From positions 1,230,001 to 1,262,000 of the forward strand of contig NC_014148.1 of the NCBI RefSeq assembly GCF_000092105.1: 32,000 bases of DNA, in the 5' to 3' direction. The notes below the pieces were generated by a model that saw only the letters and a program-made list of their open reading frames with translations, was not told the origin of the DNA and made no database searches. The translations under genes and the position numbers were made by a program. Positions 29,508 through 32,000 of the stretch are shown in pieces (position 1 is the first letter of the stretch; every line of letters begins with the position of its first letter). The stretch comes from Planctopirus limnophila DSM 3776 (lineage in GTDB: Bacteria; Planctomycetota; Planctomycetia; Planctomycetales; Planctomycetaceae).

Positions 29508-29753
29508 ATGACGGCACTCAGGAAGACAATAAGCCGATTCTTTGAGAAGATCAGGGCGGCATCGTTAGAAAAGCGTTACTTAGACAGCGTCATGATGTTT
29601 GATGAGTTGCGTTCCGAGTTTCAAGCAAACCCGCCGCCGGAAAGTGAAGTCATTGAATTTCTAGAAGGAGTTTACAAAAGTAATTCACTTTCTGATGCCA
29701 ACCTCGGTCTCCCTTTGATTTCTCGCGTGTGCCCGACTCGTTCGACATGCTGA
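29508..29753 (+). CDS. small hypothetical protein (weak)
   Basis: ATG at 29508 (MTALRKTISRFFEKIR...). AT-richer than its surroundings, with no recognisable domain. Confidence 0.3.
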   Translation: MTALRKTISRFFEKIRAASLEKRYLDSVMMFDELRSEFQANPPPESEVIEFLEGVYKSNSLSDANLGLPLISRVCPTRSTC

Positions 29754-29991
29754 TGTCCTGTTGACCCGCCAGTTGATTGGCCCTCCTTTGCCAGGTCACC
29801 CGGCATCACGAAGCCCCCTTGGGCAATCCCCACGCGATTGTTCCGTATTCGCTGAGCTCTTCAGGAAACAGGGTATTGACAGTATTTCTCACAATCCCGA
29901 TTCTTGAAGAAATTCAGTTTCCAGAATTGTCCGAGTCCAGCAGTGTTCCCGTACAAGCTCCCGTGACGTCCACCCATTCAAAGGCTCATCG

Positions 29992-30426
29992 ATGCTCTCA
30001 CTCCATTCCGCTCGTGCTCGTTGGATGACCGGTGCATTCCTCCTGTTGGCCTTGGCCCTGACCGAGGGGATCTATTACCGCGCTACGACAGCTGCGGATA
30101 AGGAAGACCAGTCATTGAGTGTCTTCATGCGGAAGAAACTCGATGCGTCATCGAAGATTCTGGAGGGGATTACCACTGAAGATTCTCAGCTTGTGGTGCA
30201 GGGGGCGGATGCGTTGCTCGCGATGAGTAAAACCGAGATCTGGAATGTCCTCCTCGACCAGGACTATCGGGACTTCAATACGGAATTCCGTGGGTCAGTC
30301 CGCAAATTGCGGGATGCCGCCGAAAAGGGAAATTTCGACAATGCCACCTTGCAATGGATGGATGCGGTGAAGTCATGCGTCGAGTGTCACAAATACGTAC
30401 GGAGCCAGCGCCCTGTTGTGAAATAG
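29992..30426 (+). CDS. class II cytochrome c (cytochrome c'-like four-helix-bundle type)
   Basis: 144 aa. N-terminal hydrophobic signal/anchor WMTGAFLLLALALTEG. A single CVECH heme-binding motif lies ~12 residues from the C-terminus, as in Cytochrom_C_2 family proteins. Confidence 0.7.
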   Translation: MLSLHSARARWMTGAFLLLALALTEGIYYRATTAADKEDQSLSVFMRKKLDASSKILEGITTEDSQLVVQGADALLAMSKTEIWNVLLDQDYRDFNTEFRGSVRKLRDAAEKGNFDNATLQWMDAVKSCVECHKYVRSQRPVVK

Positions 30427-31041
30427 AGTTGGTCAGAAGTAATGTCGGCGAGTCTGGAACTGCGGTGAGTCCCGAGGTCATCCCTCGCTTTGCGCCCCCG
30501 GTTGAAATTCCGATTTCGACCGGCGTGGCGAAGCCATTGCAGGGCTCTACCCCCTCGTAACATTCGACCCATTTGCTGGGCCGCGCAACTCAACTGGAGA
30601 GTCGCTCAGTCGGCATCAAACGACCACCACCGCTCCGCAGTCGCCACTCAGTCACAGCATCGTCGGCAAGCTTCAGCTGCTGATTTCTAGCGTCGGACTG
30701 GTCGTCATTTCCTCACTTCTCCTCCCCCCGTCGCCATTTCTCTTCCTACTCAGGCCCCACTCTCCAATTCTCTCCCGGAGGGCGGCACCATTCTCAGCCG
30801 GGCTCGGTCATCGATCTCCCCAAAAATTCGGCTCCACATCCTCCCCAAGCCACTTCATTTGGAGTGGGCGACACGTCAGCCATTCGCTTGAGCTGACATT
30901 TAGTATTATGTTGCAGAATTACACTTGATTTCACTGACCATGGCGCGCATGTATACAGTGTACTGAAAATACTAACAACAGATATTAGACGAATAAAATA
31001 CTGCACATATTTGCATTTTTCCTGTGTAAACATCGGTAGAC

Positions 31042-31791
31042 ATGTCTGTTTGGGGAAGCAAGATGACATTGACGCAACGAGGGATGGCCCGCTGCTACGC
31101 CGGCCTGATTTTTGCAATCTTGCCTGGACTCGGAAGTGTGGCGCAGGCTGAGATTCCCAGTCTCATTCAGCGACAACCGGCCAGCATCCAGCAGGCGTGG
31201 ATTGAGGTCGAAAAAGTCGTCAACGAGAACGAAAAACTGCCACAACCACTACCAGAACCTTATTTGGCTCGGGGGGATTTGTGGAGTCGAGTTGGCAGTC
31301 ACGAAGATGCGCTCTCCGATTATCTCAAGGCCACAGAGCTCTTCTTCCAGGGCTCGCCCACACCCAGCGAACGGGCTCGGTACCTCTCACAGTTGCAGCG
31401 GGCCCTGGATGCGGTTGTCCAGCAACCCAAACCTCGTTACCCCAATGAGGCTGCGTCTGAATACTCACAAGGACTTTTGGCAAGTCGAAGTGGTGAACAC
31501 ACCATGGCGGAGTCCCACTTTGCTGAAGCTTGTCGCCTGATGCCAGAAGTGCCTCTCTATCGGGTGTATCGTGCTCTCGCCTTGCGCGAACTCGGCCGGA
31601 ATGAAGAGGCCCATCGACAAGTGGCGGCTGCCCTGAGCCTGATCCGCGAGAGCCCACTGGGTGCATCAGCAGAGATGCAGTTGCTCCATCGCGGATTGGA
31701 ACACATTCAAGGTCCGTCACGTCTGTGGCTCTCCCGCGAACTTGAATTGATCAGTAAATCGCCAGCCACGAAGCCGGGCGCAGCTCACTAA
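31042..31791 (+). CDS. secreted TPR-repeat protein
   Basis: 249 aa. Signal-like CYAGLIFAILPGLGSVAQA. TPR-like helices (ARGDLWSRVGSHEDALSDYLKATELF; AESHFAEACRLMPEVPLYRVYRALALRELGRNEEA). Confidence 0.7.
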   Translation: MSVWGSKMTLTQRGMARCYAGLIFAILPGLGSVAQAEIPSLIQRQPASIQQAWIEVEKVVNENEKLPQPLPEPYLARGDLWSRVGSHEDALSDYLKATELFFQGSPTPSERARYLSQLQRALDAVVQQPKPRYPNEAASEYSQGLLASRSGEHTMAESHFAEACRLMPEVPLYRVYRALALRELGRNEEAHRQVAAALSLIRESPLGASAEMQLLHRGLEHIQGPSRLWLSRELELISKSPATKPGAAH

Positions 31792-31867
31792 TCCAATCCC
31801 GACATGCGTTGACCGAACGGCCGAGGATGGGCCGTCGAGCCAGATCGACAGGGATGCTTCACCCGCC

Positions 31868-32000
31868 ATGCTAGAGGCTACTCTCGTGAAATTACTTCTC
31901 GGTCGAATTCATCGATACGGACAACCTGTATTTTGGGTGCATTGCCTCGCGCAGGTTGCCGTCTATGCACAGGTTTCTGTCAACGCCACAGCGGCCGAAC
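31868..32000 (+). CDS. possible 5' end of a gene running off the window (weak)
   Basis: The frame from ATG 31868 (MLEATLVKLLLGRIHRYGQPVFWVHCLAQVAVYAQ...) stays open to the window end. It is too short to judge. Confidence 0.25.
   Translation, partial: MLEATLVKLLLGRIHRYGQPVFWVHCLAQVAVYAQVSVNATAAE

Noticed and set aside
30430-31117. ORFs 30490-30690, 30794-31117 and 30985-31245 in the gap between the cytochrome c' and TPR genes
   Set aside because: They are short, mutually overlapping, featureless, and span an AT-rich stretch (30880-31040) that looks like the promoter region of the TPR gene.

Overview
This 32-kb chromosomal segment reads like a planctomycete-type genome. That origin is an inference from gene types (ECF sigma plus a membrane Ser/Thr kinase-WD40, a PQQ-type beta-propeller, GTAG-headed REP hairpins); no database search was possible.

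Layout, left to right:
(1) 1-1382: a partial SRPBCC/SDR fusion gene on the minus strand.
(2) 1.4-2.3 kb: a spacer filled with repeats.
(3) 2.27-12.5 kb: 16 short minus-strand genes in about 15 units. The units are separated by 80-130-nt imperfect palindromes that start with an ...AAC box at the upstream stop codon and end with a GTT... box just before the next start. This is integron attC-like architecture, and no integron integrase is in view. The recognisable cargo is orphan polymorphic-toxin immunity families (2x SMI1/KNR4-SUKH, one SUFU-like, one DUF1311/LprI-like), plus lipoproteins, a small membrane protein and Zn-ribbon proteins. No toxin gene is present. The array begins directly downstream of uvrB, and a 73-nt copy of the uvrB 3' end is buried 8.8 kb inside it.
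(4) uvrB and a PQQ-like propeller gene.
(5) A 1.85-kb gene-poor region.
(6) An ECF sigma factor translationally adjacent to a kinase with the order anti-sigma (HxxxCxxC) motif, Ser/Thr kinase, TM, WD40.
(7) tRNA-Val(UAC) carrying a 7.5-kb integrative element bounded by ~105-bp direct repeats. It encodes an integrase, a Toprim/DUF3987-type primase-helicase, two excisionase-type HTH proteins, an RHH protein and a lower-GC 397-aa cargo gene.
(8) A 17-bp x7 tandem repeat, more REPs, a cytochrome c'-like gene and a TPR gene.

The most interesting candidate is the integron-like bank of orphan immunity cassettes in (3).
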